DNA of 64,000 bases. It comes from the human T2T-CHM13v2.0 reference genome, Homo sapiens. This document shows, one piece after another, positions 33,326 to 48,359 of the stretch. The stretch lies in assembly GCF_009914755.1 (NCBI RefSeq), contig NC_060947.1; one strand, 5' to 3'. Below the pieces are notes generated by a model that searched no databases, was not told where the DNA came from, and was given only the letters and a program-made list of their open reading frames with translations. A program made the position numbers and the translations under genes. Numbering within the stretch: position 1 is the first letter of the stretch; each line of letters begins with the position of its first letter.

Positions 33326-34429
33326 AAACTACTGAAAATGTAATTTAAAATACTAGCACACATGTAGTTGCAGAGATTTGTTTTTAATTGATCTCTATCC
33401 CTTGTTATTCTCATTGGTCTCCCGGGAAGAATAAACTGTTGCACAAGAAAAATAAATAAACAAAAAGAAAATTTGGTATTTCACCACAGTAACAGGAATA
33501 ACTCATTTGTTCAGAAGCACACAAACCCTGTTCTTCTGTGGTAATAGATAACCCAACAGATTTGGGAAAGTTCCTTTCAATTAGTTAGACATTTTAACCT
33601 ACTGTTAGAAGATTCACTCTTCTATATCTACATTCTCACCTTTGTAAAGTACTGTCAAATAATTATCTTGCCTTCACAAGTTGGTTGAATAGGTATGTTA
33701 GTTAACTAATTTTGCAGCAAGAAATTTTCATAACTGAAGGATATCCAGTATCTTATAAATAAAACTATGACCTAGTTTATATACTGTAATTTCTTACCAA
33801 AACTTAAGAACTCCTTATTGAATTCTTACTTAATTCATGGAAAGGAATTGATATGGCTGACAGGCCAACCTATTTTAAAGGTACTTATTTGGCTTTACAT
33901 TCCCACATATAAGCAAGTGAAGGTTTCATGTGAATCAGTATTAGTACTGCAAAGCCTCAAGAATGAGACATTCTGTTCCGCAGTTATGCTTGTTATTGGA
34001 ACCATTATTTTTTTTTTAAAAAAAAGATCATTTTTATAAACAACAATAACTGAAGTGTTCATACATGCCAGAGGGACTACTGGTTTCCTTTCTTCCTGCC
34101 CTCCCTTTCTTCTTATTGTCAGGAGTCCCTCAACGATTGAAGTTGTTTTAGCTCCAAATTGAATTTTTTGAAGGCCTTAAACCTTGATTAAAAATAAATT
34201 TACCAAAACATTGTCAAAAGTTACTTTAAAAAGTATTATATTGATAGTAAATCTACTAAACTTATTTATACAAGAGAATGTCTCTGGAAATACACAAGTG
34301 GTGAGAGAAGGGGAGGGGAGGAGAAGGCCTCTGAGGTAAACTGTGAAGGGAAGTTGACTGTGGGTAAGGGGCAGAGAGGCATTCATTGAACTGCTATTTC
34401 TTGAGGTCACTCTGGGCGAAGGGCAGTGC

Positions 34430-35337
<908 letters not shown>

Positions 35338-35672
35338 GATGCAGAAAGTGGCAGTTCACTTAATTGGTTATGTTTTGATTACTTTCTATGAAGGGTAGTC
35401 TCCTCATTCTTCTGGGCACGCCTTACGCGCTTTTCTTAGCAGGCAATGAGTGGAGGCCATAGAAGTGGTGAGGTTCTGGGGGTTGGGGACAGGGGCCTGC
35501 ACGGTTGGTGGAGGGTGTGGCCGAGTGGGAAGTGAGGGTGTGTGGGGAGTGTAAGACAAACAGGTCAGTTTTCATTTAGTTTTGACAAAAAGATTTATTT
35601 GTTGATTTAGGATTGTGAAACAAAGCAAGAACAAGGGGGTGGTGGCTTTAAGATTGAGAACAGTTCCACTGA

Positions 35673-35990
<318 letters not shown>

Positions 35991-36351
35991 GGGAAAGTTT
36001 TTGATGTGCAGTCTGTTTTGAACTGACATCAGTTGGGAAAAGCAAGATGAAGATTAATAAAGTTCGTATTCATTTTATTCTGAAGAACCTGTGTCTTAAG
36101 TTGTTTTGATTTTGACCATGAATAATATTACCCATCCTCTACTTTGAGATTCAGATTTAACTGGCCCAAAATGAAATGGATTAGTTGTTACAATATAAAA
36201 TGTATTTTGTTCCCAGTTTCCGACAGCCCCCACACCTTCATCTTCCACCTTTTTGCCCACTCTGCCTCTCTCCCACGCCCAGAGTTGGGTTGTTTGTGAC
36301 TTCTCAGGACATACCTACTAGCTCTTACTTGTCATGTTTTCTCGAGAACCA

Positions 36352-36977
36352 TGTAAGGTCTGAGATTCTACCCAGCCTGCAAGCTACAAGTTAGCTTGTC
36401 ACAGTTTGGTGGAGGCTGGCAAAATGACAGAGAGTCCTGGGTTAGAGGCAGGAGTCATAGCACAGCAGGCAGCATGAGCTTCACTGACATCAGTTTCCCT
36501 TGCTCCCTCAAGTCCCAAGGAGGAGAGGTAGATCAGACCAGGTGAGTGGTGCACACACAGTGGGTTTGGGTCACAGTTGAGAGAACTTAAGTTTAGGAAC
36601 CCCCAGTCTTTGAAAGGGGACTGCTAGCAAACCTGCCCACCCTTTGCCTAGAGAGAGAGGTTCTTATTAAGCTCATCAGGAAACAGGCAAATCTACCCTC
36701 TCCCCTGGAGGGACCTCTAACTTCCAAGGCTGTTGTATACAAGCATATGTCAATAAAACTATTTGAAAAGAAAAAAAAATACTTTCAATATGAAACTGAG
36801 TTTTCAATAATCCCCTTTTATTCACTTAAACGCAATTTTTACATTTTTTAGTTTTTGTTTACATTTTTACAAGGAAAATCAACTATTAAAGATTAGTATA
36901 TCTGTAAGAAAATTTATATTTTTCTAAATATAAAAATATATATATTTGAAAGGACAGTCCAGGACAAATGTTGTCAC
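36352..36977. mobile_element. Old ERVL-class LTR (family uncertain), interrupted by AT-rich sequence
   Basis: Begins tgtaaggtctgagattctaccc...gcaagctacaagttagc; candidate end ...gttgtcaca. Confidence 0.5.
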
Positions 36978-37435
36978 AGGATGACTAGAATTATCATGAA
37001 GAATTGCACCCTGACAGTTTTAACTGGACTATCTGGTTGTACAGGTAAAAATTAATTTTATGAAAATACTTGTGTGTAAGGAAAAGCCCAATTCCTCCAT
37101 TAGAACTTGTACATTCAGGGATGACCAATCAGTGTAATAAGCAGATTACTACCATCATCACATTTAATATGTTTTGTAATTTAATCAATTATCTAATCTT
37201 AGTAGGCTAAAAAAGTTTTAATTTTCTGAAGGTAAGTTTAATCCTTAACACTTCAAATAAAAGAGAACAAAAACTACTCAGCAGGAAAAATATATGCTTA
37301 GTGTTTTACTTTCATGCACGTTTAAAATAATTTATTTGGATGCTAACAATGTTATTGACATTACATTTTCAATACATGCCAAATTTTCTCTTACCTGGAG
37401 CACAGAAGAAAAAGAGACATAGAGAAACTTCTTCA

Positions 37436-37752
37436 GGCCTGGCACAGTTGCTCATGCCTCTAATCCCAGCACATTGGGAGGTCAAGGAGGGCAGATTGCT
37501 TGAGTTTAGGAGTTCGAGACCAGTTTTGGCAATATGGCAAAACCCCGTCTCAACAAAAACAAAATTAAAAAAAAAAAAAAGCCAGACATAATGGTGCACA
37601 CCTGTAGTCTCAGCTACTTAGGAGACTGAGGTGGGAAGATCCCTTGAGCCCGGGGAGGGGGGCTGGGTGTTGAGGCTGTGGCGAGCTGTGACTGAGCCAC
37701 TGCAATTCGGCCTGGGTGTCAGAGTAAGACAGTGTCTCAAAAAAAAAAAAAA
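37436..37752 (+). mobile_element. AluJ
   Basis: Diverged dimer with J-type gaggtgggaagatcccttgagccc. Confidence 0.9.
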
Positions 37753-37899
37753 GTCTTTGCATTTAAATATGTTAATTTGTAAATTACACTAAATCTCACT
37801 TGAGAAGACTTTATAAACTCTTTTTTGAAGTGTAAAAGTTAACTTTAGTATATTACCTATGATCTACTCTTGTTAAAGGGGAGATGGAGGGATGAAGGC

Positions 37900-38040
37900 A
37901 ATACTGTCTAATAAAACTTTCTGCAATGGCGGAAACATCCTATATCTACACAATCCAAATACAGTAGCCGCTAGCCATGCGTGGCTATTGAACATCTGAA
38001 ACAGAAAGAGAGGGAGAATTTTGTTTTTACCTAGTTTTTA
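37900..38040. mobile_element. MER3 hAT MITE fragment
   Basis: ctgtctaataaaactttctgcaatggcggaaa...agtagccgctagccatgcgtggctattgaac. Confidence 0.75.
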
Positions 38041-39214
38041 GTAAAAGCTTTATTGCATGGTTTGCAAACCACTTTTTAACCTTTGTATTTTAGATTTTAC
38101 ATGCCTCCAAGAGATCTTTACAAAATGTTTACATTATGATATGTAACTATAAAAAAAAGAATAAAATTTCTGTCCATGTCACTAGAGATCATTGATTTAG
38201 TAGAGAGCTATGCTATGAATATGTTTGATATTTGTAGATTGTTGAAACATTACCATTTAAGAAATTTCTAATCAAGAAATTCAATATTATAGTCTGTTCC
38301 TAAGAAGCAAATAGAAACTTTTATGGTAGAGATTATGTATGTAGGTCATCAATAGTGATAGCTGGAATTTTCAGAATATTAATACAGTGATCTCACACTA
38401 TTATGAGCTTTTCCTATTATGGTCCAATTCACAGTTACTAATTATATTGCCTTTATTATTTTGCTTCAAATATATTTTCACCATCAAAATCAAACCCACA
38501 TAATAGTAAATATTTGGGGATAAACAATAAAATCTAAGCAGGACATTATGAGACAGTCAAAATGGCCATAGTAGGATGGCAATTCTATTTCTGATTAGAA
38601 TATTTAAGGTTCTTTTTTATTCAAAATGGTTACTCCCATCTTGCTCTGTTAGTCCCTACCTACCAGTTCCTCGATTTCAGTGAAATCAATTATGAAATGT
38701 TAAAATTTGTATTTGGATTAGGGAGGGAAAGATGATTGTATTCTATTGTCAGTATTTTCAGAAGCAGAATAACTGAGCTGATTTGGGGAAAAGGTTCTAT
38801 CCTAGGTATCAAAAAACATAGCTTTTGCCTCGTAAAACTGCTAACACATACCCTACACGTAAAATTGAGTACTTTCAGCTTACTAAATGTTTGGCATGAT
38901 TTTTAATATCGTGTTTTATGTGTATTAGGGGTAAGATATTATGACTTTGTCTTGCCTCTATAGATACCATCAGGGCAAGTCTAATTCAGCTTGAAAGTTA
39001 GGCCATGAACAAGGATAATCTGGCATATATTGTTAGCATTTATAAAAATATTTAGCTAAAAATATTTAGCTTTCTCATGTTAGGTATATGAAAAGCATAG
39101 CAAATATCCAACCATCCATGGTACAGCTTTCTTTCATCTCATGATGAGAAAAAAGGTTCTTATATAATTTATACTGGCCTCAAATCATGATCTTCACTTG
39201 TTTTGGGTTTATAC

Positions 39215-39996
39215 TGTCAACAAAAAGAGTCAAACTCTGTAGAATATTTGAAGAGATTTGTTCTGAGCCAAATATGAGTGACCATGGCCCGTGACACAGC
39301 CCTTAGGAAGCTGGTCCTGAGAACATGTGTCCCAGGTGGTCAAGGTGCAGCTTGGTTTCATACATTTTTATAGAGCCATGAGATATCAATCAAATACATT
39401 TAAGAAACACATTGGTTTGGTTCAGAAAGGTGGGACAATTCAAAGTGGGGGCTTCCAGGCAATAGGTAAATTTAAACATTTTCTGGTTGACAATTTGTCC
39501 AGTTTGTCTAAAGACCTGGGATCAATAGAAAGGAAATGTTCCTGATAAAATAAAACATTGTGGAGACCAAGGTTCTTTTAAAATTTTACAGTGGCTGCCC
39601 TTAGAGACAATAGATGACAAATGTTTCCTATTCCAATTTTTAATGGTGGTAGACTCTTGCTTAATCTCTTTAGGATTGGAAGGGCCTGGAAGAAAAAGAT
39701 CTAGCTATGTTAATAGAGATTGTTTACAGATGCAGATTTTCCACCGCAAAGGACAGCTTTGCAGGGCCATTTCAAGATATGGCAAAGAAACATGTTTTGA
39801 GGTAAAATATTTTGACTTTCTTATTTGTCACATAATGTTATGCCAGAGTCAGACTGGAAAGTAAGTCACAACATATAGGGTTAAATAAAACCCATCTGAT
39901 GAGAATTTGTGGTTTTCAGGGCATGACTCTCCAGACCCCTCAGATAGGAATTTGGGCATGATAAAAAAAAAAAAAAAAATCAGAGCTTAGTCCTCA
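39215..39996 (-). mobile_element. MER4 3' LTR
   Basis: tgtcaacaaaaagagtcaaactctg...cagagcttagtcctca. Confidence 0.9.
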
Positions 39997-40165
39997 GTGC
40001 CCCCCCTTGGACAAATGTTCAGGCCAACAAACAGCAGCAGGTCCCACAGTGCTAGGAAGGCTCATTCCTAGAGTTGTCTGGTTTGGCCATCTGGCAAGGT
40101 TTCCTGGCACTAGGAAGGCTCGTTCCTAGAGCTCTCTGATTTGATGGTAATACTTTTAAATATTA

Positions 40166-40624
<459 letters not shown>

Positions 40625-41945
40625 CTATCATGATCCGGGTCCTTAATTGTACCTTTTCCTTTTGCTGTATCTGGCATAACATTTACAAGAGTTGTATAAT
40701 GCTAATATAGTAAGAAATATAATAAAGATAGTGAAGATTGAGTGTCCAAGGTTATAGGTAGAATCAGAGGGCAGTAAACAACCCAATCTGCCAGAAAATC
40801 CCCTGTATGCATTATTATATTCTTGGATCAAACTCACAATGTGTTCAACCCCCTTGTTAAGGGTTATTTGAACTTTATGATAAATCTTATTTGAGGATAG
40901 TAGGAGTGACATTAAATCAGAATCCAATAAATTTAGTGTCTCTTCTAGCCAATTTATCTCTATAGGTATAACAACCTGAGGAGGGTATTAATCAATTGCA
41001 AGAAACACCCGGTCCTCAGTGTCTAAATTGTTATAGACTTGCTAACAGTAGAAAAATCTATTTTTCCCACCACTTTTGTATTGCACCATATACTGGTATT
41101 TGGGAGAGAAAAGAAGGCTTTGTCACAGGAGAAGTCATTCTACAGTGTCATTTCTTTTTGTCCCTCGGCAGGACTCCCTATGGCTGAGAGCCTTAAGAGT
41201 CAAAAGACTTATAGCCAATTAATTGTTCTAGGCCAGCTAGGAATGGATGTGGACAGGCATTTGTTACTTCTTAAAATTATTATTTTAAGTAAAAAAGCCA
41301 ACAACAAAACCAAAAGGCAAAGTTACAAGACACTTATTTTTAACTTCTATGTGTTGAACTACTATAAGCTTGGTTTTTGTTACAGACTTTTAGCAATTAG
41401 CTATATAAAACATTAGCATTGTTCTGAAAAATAATTAAACATATCTATATCTATAGCTATATAGATATAGATATATTTATCTTCACAACTCATAATTGGG
41501 AGTGTTATACCCAGGAGGCTTTGTTACAAGGTATTTTTATCCTGTTATTTTACTAGTTAGTAAATATTTCCTTCTAATTCTATAGTAAGCAGAAAATTTT
41601 TATGGTCGTGGTGGATGCAAAAGTGACACATGATAGTTTAGAAGGCAATTAAACTTGTTTTACCAGATATTTAGGCATTTTTGTACCCCCTTTTAGATTT
41701 GGAGGGTTTGACCTTGACTTAGTCCCTCAAAACTGACCCTTACAATATTATGCACCCATCTCTTCCACGATAGTCCCTGGGCCTACAGCGAGGCAGCTTG
41801 TAAGGTTTTAGTAGCAGAGCATTAGCAGTGAAACAGATCTGGGCCCAGGGGGATGCCAAATGAGGGAGATTCATATCTCTGGTCTTTAGAATACCATGGC
41901 TTTGGTTTCCTTGGAAGTAAAACAAGGAGAGATAGATAACATTTA

Positions 41946-42260
<315 letters not shown>

Positions 42261-42633
42261 AAGAATAATTGCTATGTGAGAACAGAAAAGGAAACCTATT
42301 CAATTAGGGCACCAAATAAAAATATGAAGAAAAATTATAACGATTTAATCTGTACTCGAAAAAGTTAGGGCTGAAATCCAGTATTAAGTGTTACGTTTTT
42401 CCCTTGAAAGTATTTTTTTAGCTGCCTTTATTTAGTAAAGATAAAATTATAGCAAGGCCAATTTGTGTGCAAGGTAAGTTTTAGGCTTATTATGCTTGCC
42501 TGATTATTTGCATAAAATACATTGAGAATTGATTGACCATATAGACTCGTTTTAAGTTGGCTTTGCTGGAACTTTGCTTAAAAAGAGGCTATTTTAGTTT
42601 AAGTCTTGGTAAAATAACCAGTGTCTCCAATTG

Positions 42634-42920
<287 letters not shown>

Positions 42921-44526
42921 TGTGTTTGTGGTTTTTTTTGTTTTTTGCTTGTTTGTTTTTACTATTATTGAACTAATGCAGACAACTATAATGTCATAAA
43001 ATTTCAATCTAAATTTTGGAGAGCTCAGAAAGGTAAATTTTCTTACAAAGACATACTGTACCCAAATAACTTAAAAGAAAAAGATTCTCTTGAGCTTTCT
43101 TTAACCAGAGTAGCAGCTTTTAAAACAAGATGTTTGTATACCTTTGAAATGCCATTTACAAACCAAACAGCTCCTGAGAGCTATTAGGCACTGTAGAATT
43201 TAGCAGCTCCTCACAATTAGTCCTAGGAAAGAGGCTCTCTGCTTATTAGGTAGCAAGATTTTATATAAACCATTTTTATTCTATCATGGCACTCTTTTGG
43301 GAAACATTATTTTCATTAGCATAGGGATAGCTTCAGTTAATATTTCATAGCAAGGCAGTAAATGCCCCATTAAGTAGAAATTCTCCAGTTCAGTCATTGT
43401 CATTGAAAGGTACTCACAGTTTTTGCCAACAGCCCTGATAAAAGCTCCACATAAAGGGCTATGCAGTGGAGGATTTGTCCCAACTAGCACTCCAGCTCTT
43501 ACCCTATATTCTGTGCACTTAGGCACCTTACTAGTTTCCATTTAGCATGTGCAATTAAACATTTCTTAAAAGAACAGATTTATATGCCTTTAGTTTACAC
43601 TGCTAGATGGGGAAACATCTAACCGTGTAAGTTTGATATAGTATCCATTTTTATAAGACTTTCAGTAAAGGGGTTACAACTACCTTATATAAAGCTTGTT
43701 TAAACATTTTAATTTTATAATTCTATGAGCCTGTATGTTTTTATGTTCCGGTCTCAGTAACCCTTTTTTTACCCCCAGACCATTTTACATTTTCTGGTGA
43801 AAAGGATTTCGGTTCCCACAGGGAGTTGCATTTGTAAGACTGATGAGGGACAGCATATTTGATAAGGCTTCTTAAACAGTCCTATTATTCTGTGGGAGGA
43901 GCTCCCATGTAAAATGGGCTCCCTTAACCCCAAAATTTACCATGACCTGGGTAATAGGCACATTTGGTGGGAAGATATCCCACTTATCATAAAGTTAGTC
44001 CAACATGGCTTGCATATGAAGCATATCAACTGCTTAATCTGGGGTGCTTCACTTAGTATTTTATAGGGAGAGTTGGGCAGTCCCCTTCTCAAGGCAAACA
44101 GACCTTACAATGGCATTATCTGGCCCACTAGGCTGATCACTTTCTTAGGAATAAACCCCTGTTAATTTGGAACAAATATACTCAGTGATGGTTAAGTGAT
44201 GAGCTGTGGGTCCTGCATTAATCTAAACAAGGTCTTATATTCTGTAGCATTTAAAATTAAGAATTTTGTTCTTAAAGTGGTTATTTTTACAATCCACTAT
44301 AGTAAAGATTTTTTTTAAAGAAGCTGGATGATACCAATCTACAAGATGGAACAATTCCTTTACATTACATACTTGGGTTTTAAATAGTTACTTTGTTTTA
44401 CCCTTTCCCCATATGGACTATTGTCTTGGTAACCACAGGGCTCAGAGTTTTGTTGCCCTGGCTTTTTTTTTTTTTATTTATTTTGTTTTATCTGTATAAT
44501 TTCCTTCATTATAAAGCAACTCTTAG

Positions 44527-44828
44527 TTTTTTTGTTTTTTTTTTTTTTGAGACGAAGTCTCGCTCTGTTGCCCAGGCTGGAGTGCAATGGTATGATCTCA
44601 GCTCACTGCAACCTCCACCTGGTTCAAGCAATTCCCCTGCCTCAGCCTCCCAAGTAGCTGGGATTACAGGCGCATGCCACCACGTCCAGCTAACTTTTTT
44701 GTATTTTTAGTGGAGATGGGGTTTCACCATGCTGGCCAAACTGGTCTTGACCTCCTGACCTCAGGCAATCCGCCCAACTCGGCCTCCCAAAGTACTGGGA
44801 TTACAGGTGTGAGCCACCATGCCCGGCC
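44527..44828 (-). mobile_element. AluS
   Basis: Full Alu, TSD aactcttagttt. Confidence 0.94.
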
Positions 44829-45140
44829 TAACTCTTAGTTTCTTAACTGAAACAAAACTAACTTTTTTTGAAAATTGACATCCTTGTATTTATAAAATTT
44901 TTACCAAAGGCATATTTTATGCTTCTACTATTTTAACTTTTTAGTAACCCAAATTTCCAGTGGGAAAAAATCCTGAGGGTTTAATATGACTCAAAGACTT
45001 TTAAATTACAGGAGAGTTTTAGGATTAAATTTACCAAATTAATTTTACCAAAGATTACCAAGGTTATGTGAATTAAAAGGCACCTGAGCTAACTTCTACC
45101 AATATGATAAGCACTTACTTTTTTAAAAGTTACTTGATTG

Positions 45141-45599
45141 TAAGGGAGGAGACCACCCCTCATATTGTCTTATGCCCAATTTCTGCCTCCAAAGAAAGAA
45201 GAAGTAAAAACTAAAAGGTAGAAATGAAATCCACAGGCAGACAGCCCGGCACCGCACCCTGGGCCTGGTTAAAGATCCACCCCTGACTTAATCGGTTATG
45301 TTATCTATAGATTACAGACATTATATAGAAAGGCACTGTGAAAATCTCCATCCTGTTCTGTTCTGTTCTAATTACTGGTGCATGCAGCCCCCAGTCATGT
45401 ACCCCTGCTTGCTCAATCAATCATGACCCTCTCACACGGACTCCCTTAGAGTTGTGAGCCCTTAAAAGGGACAGGAATTGCTCACTCGGGGAGCTCGGTT
45501 GTTGGAGACGTGAGTCTTGCCGAAGCTCCCGGGCAAATAAAGCACTTCCTTCTTTAACTCGGTGTCTGAGGGGTTTTGTCTGTGGCTTGTCCTGCTGCA
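45141..45599 (+). mobile_element. LTR2 5' LTR
   Basis: taagggaggagaccacccctcatattgtc start; AATAAA at ~45536. Confidence 0.93.
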
Positions 45600-45604
45600 T
45601 TTCT

Positions 45605-45622
45605 TGGTTCCCTGACCAGGAA
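45605..45622 (+). promoter_or_regulatory. Primer binding site, tRNA-Glu
   Basis: tggttccctgaccaggaa vs TGGTTCCCTGACCGGGAA (17/18). Confidence 0.9.
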
Positions 45623-46141
45623 GTGAGGTGATTAATGGAAGGTCGAGGCAGCCTCTTAGGCAGCTTAGGCCTGCCCTGTGGAGCATCGCTGCAGGGGCCA
45701 GCTTGAGCAACACGGATCCTGAGAGTGCTCCCAGGTAGGCAATTGCCCCGGTGGAACGCCTCGCCACAGCAGCGCGTGGCAGGCCCCCGTGGAGGATCAA
45801 CGCAGTGGCTGAACACCGGGAAGGAACTGGCACTTGGAGTCCAGACATCTGAAACTTGGTAAGACTAGTCTTTGGAACCTGCCCACTCCATTTGAGTGGA
45901 AGCGTGGCCTGATCACCCATGGTGTGCCTGTACCGGCACTTTGGTTTTTGTTTTTGACTTGACTTGGTTTGCTTGATACTTTGGTTTTGGTTTTGACCTG
46001 GCTTGGATTTCTGGATACTCTGATTTTGGTTTTGGTTTTTGTTTGATGTAAACTGTAAAAGTGTGTGTGTGCCCTTCTCACCCGTTCTTTGTTTTGTGGC
46101 ATGCATGTGGTTGTGAGCCTGGTGTTTTGTCTCGAAGAAGC

Positions 46142-46687
46142 ATGGGTCAGGCACAAAGTAAGCCCACTCCACTAGGAACTATGTTGAAAAATTTCAAGAA
46201 AGGATTTAAGGGAGATTATGATGTTACTATGACACCAGGAAAATTTAGAACTTTGTGTGAAATAGACTGGCCGGCATTAGAGGTGGGTTGGCCATCAGAA
46301 GGAAGGCTGGACAGGTCCCTTGTTTCAAAGGTATGGCACAAGGTAACCCATAAGCCAGGGTACCCAGACCAGTTCCCATACATAGACACTTGGTTACAGC
46401 TAGTTTTAGAACCCCCACACACACAGTGGTTGAGAGAACAGCAGCATCAGCGGCTGGCAGAGGCAAAGAAAGACCAGCAGAGAGACAGAGAGAGGAAAGA
46501 GACAGAGAGAAAAGGAGGCAAAGACAGAGAGGAAAAGACAGAGAGGAAGAGACAGAGAGACAAAGAGGGAGTCAAGAAGAGAGAGAGAGAGAGGCAGAGA
46601 GAGAGGAAGAGACAGAGGCAAAAGGAAAGTCAGAGAGAGACAGAAAGTCAAAGAGAGAAAGAAAGAGAGAAATATACAAGTAGTTAA
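46142..46687 (+). CDS. gag: Truncated Gag: matrix domain read into a GA-rich repeat (181 aa)
   Basis: MGQAQSKPTPLGTMLKNFKKGF...LCEIDWPALEVGWPSEG...GYPDQFPYIDTW is a gammaretroviral MA; expression unknown. Confidence 0.6.
   Translation: MGQAQSKPTPLGTMLKNFKKGFKGDYDVTMTPGKFRTLCEIDWPALEVGWPSEGRLDRSLVSKVWHKVTHKPGYPDQFPYIDTWLQLVLEPPHTQWLREQQHQRLAEAKKDQQRDRERKETERKGGKDREEKTERKRQRDKEGVKKRERERQRERKRQRQKESQRETESQREKEREKYTSS
46465..46670 (+). repeat. GA-rich polypurine repeat
   Basis: gagacagagagagg-type repeats. Confidence 0.92.
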
Positions 46688-48359
46688 GAAAAAAAACAGT
46701 GTACCCTATTCCTTTAAAAGCCAAGGTAAATTTAAAACCTATAATTGATAATTAGAGGTATTCTCCATAACCCTGTAACACTCTAATACCACTTTGTTGT
46801 CAGTGTAAACAAGGGCATATCCGAAAGCACTGAGACCTTCCTATCAAAAATCTTTAACCCAGTAACCTGCGGATGGCCCAGATGCATTCAATCTGTAGTG
46901 CCAACAGCTTTGCTAACAGAAGAAAGTAAAAAAAATAACTTTTAGAGGAAACCTCATTGTGAGCACACCTCACCAGTTCAGAAGTATCCTAAAAAAGAAA
47001 AGAAAAGAAAAGAAAAGGATGATTTAACATTAACCACTGAAAATTCTTTTAACCCAGCAGTTTTCCTAACAGGGGATCTAAATCTTAATTACCATACAAA
47101 GGTCCGACCAGACCTAGGAGGAACTCACTTCAGGACAGGATGATCTATGGTTCCTCCCGGGTAATTGAAGGGGGAAAAAAAGCCATCTATACCAATTCTA
47201 AGTTAATTTGGACTAAACAAGTTCTTATTAATAGCAAAGGATAATTGAAATCCCAAACTTACAAGTTTTCAACAAAAGTAAAGTTTGCTAAAAGTTAACA
47301 GTGTAACAAGTATTATAGTAACTTCTAATCTTGTGGCCTTAGACAGCCTAGTCCACAGACATAAAGGAAGTTCGCTTTGGAAAAGAATGGTTATCATCTT
47401 CGAAAAAAAAAGAGGGGGAAGAGGGGGTAGAATTTATGTAAAAAGAGTGTTATATGGTAAATTCTTGTCCTGAAATAAATTAACTGGTTGTTTAAAGAAA
47501 GAAATGTTTGTAATAAGTCAGAAAGTTAAGGTATGTCGAAGAATTGTCTGCGAAAGTCGTGAAAGAGAAAAAAGTTATAAAAAAAGTATGCAAGAAATGT
47601 TGTATAATTTAAAAGTAATAAGGCCTCCTGAGTAATATTGAAGAAACAGTTTATGTGCAAAGTGTATAAGGAAAGTAAAATATACCTTTGGTAAAAGGAT
47701 TATAAGGAGGCATAAGAATGTGGATTTTTATCTACATTAAAAGGTTAAAAAATATTGTTTTGAAGGTTTAAGCAAGTTTTAAAATGTTAATTATAAAGGA
47801 AATTCTGTGTGTAAACATATTAGCTAAAGTTAAAGCAGTATCATCCAGTTTTTCTGTGAACTGGACATGAAAGTAAAAACACAACAGGTTTTTCTTAAAG
47901 CACTAACCTGCTCTTTAAAAAAGATTATAAAAGGTTAAAAAGAGTCTATAAAAATCTTACCTTATGGTCCAACATTAAAAATTGAATAAATATGTATACA
48001 AATTTTTTTAAAACTAAGTTTAACATTAATAGCACAGTAATATAAAGGTAAAATTTAGCTTATCTGGTATAAAAATCATACAAGAAGCATTGTCAAATAT
48101 AAAATGGTGTTTGGCTTCTTTGGTCCAAAAACTAATAAAAAATAGGTGCTAAAGGAAATTTCTCAGTAGAAAGGCACCAAGGACTATAAAGTCCACTGCT
48201 GATGCTCCCACACTTAAAACAGAAAGTCAATTTCTTAAAAATTATATACTTGGTTTATCTTCCACTTTCCTTTCCCTCAAAACTAAAAGTCCTTTAGCAC
48301 GTGTACCACCTCTAGAATTTCCAGTAAACCAGCACCAGCCTGAAGATCATGTTCTCATC

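Noticed and set aside
35475-35550. G-run cluster downstream of the UBE2DNL poly(A) signal (possible G-quadruplex or pause element)
   Set aside because: Loops are long and irregular, and nothing beyond composition supports it
39044-39070. Short tandem duplication of aaaaatatttagc (similar micro-duplications at ~19878 and ~61204)
   Set aside because: Ordinary slippage-scale events
45421-46172. 236-aa and 131-aa antisense ORFs over the ERV leader
   Set aside because: Low-complexity translation of (ttttgg)n-like leader repeats with no recognisable domain
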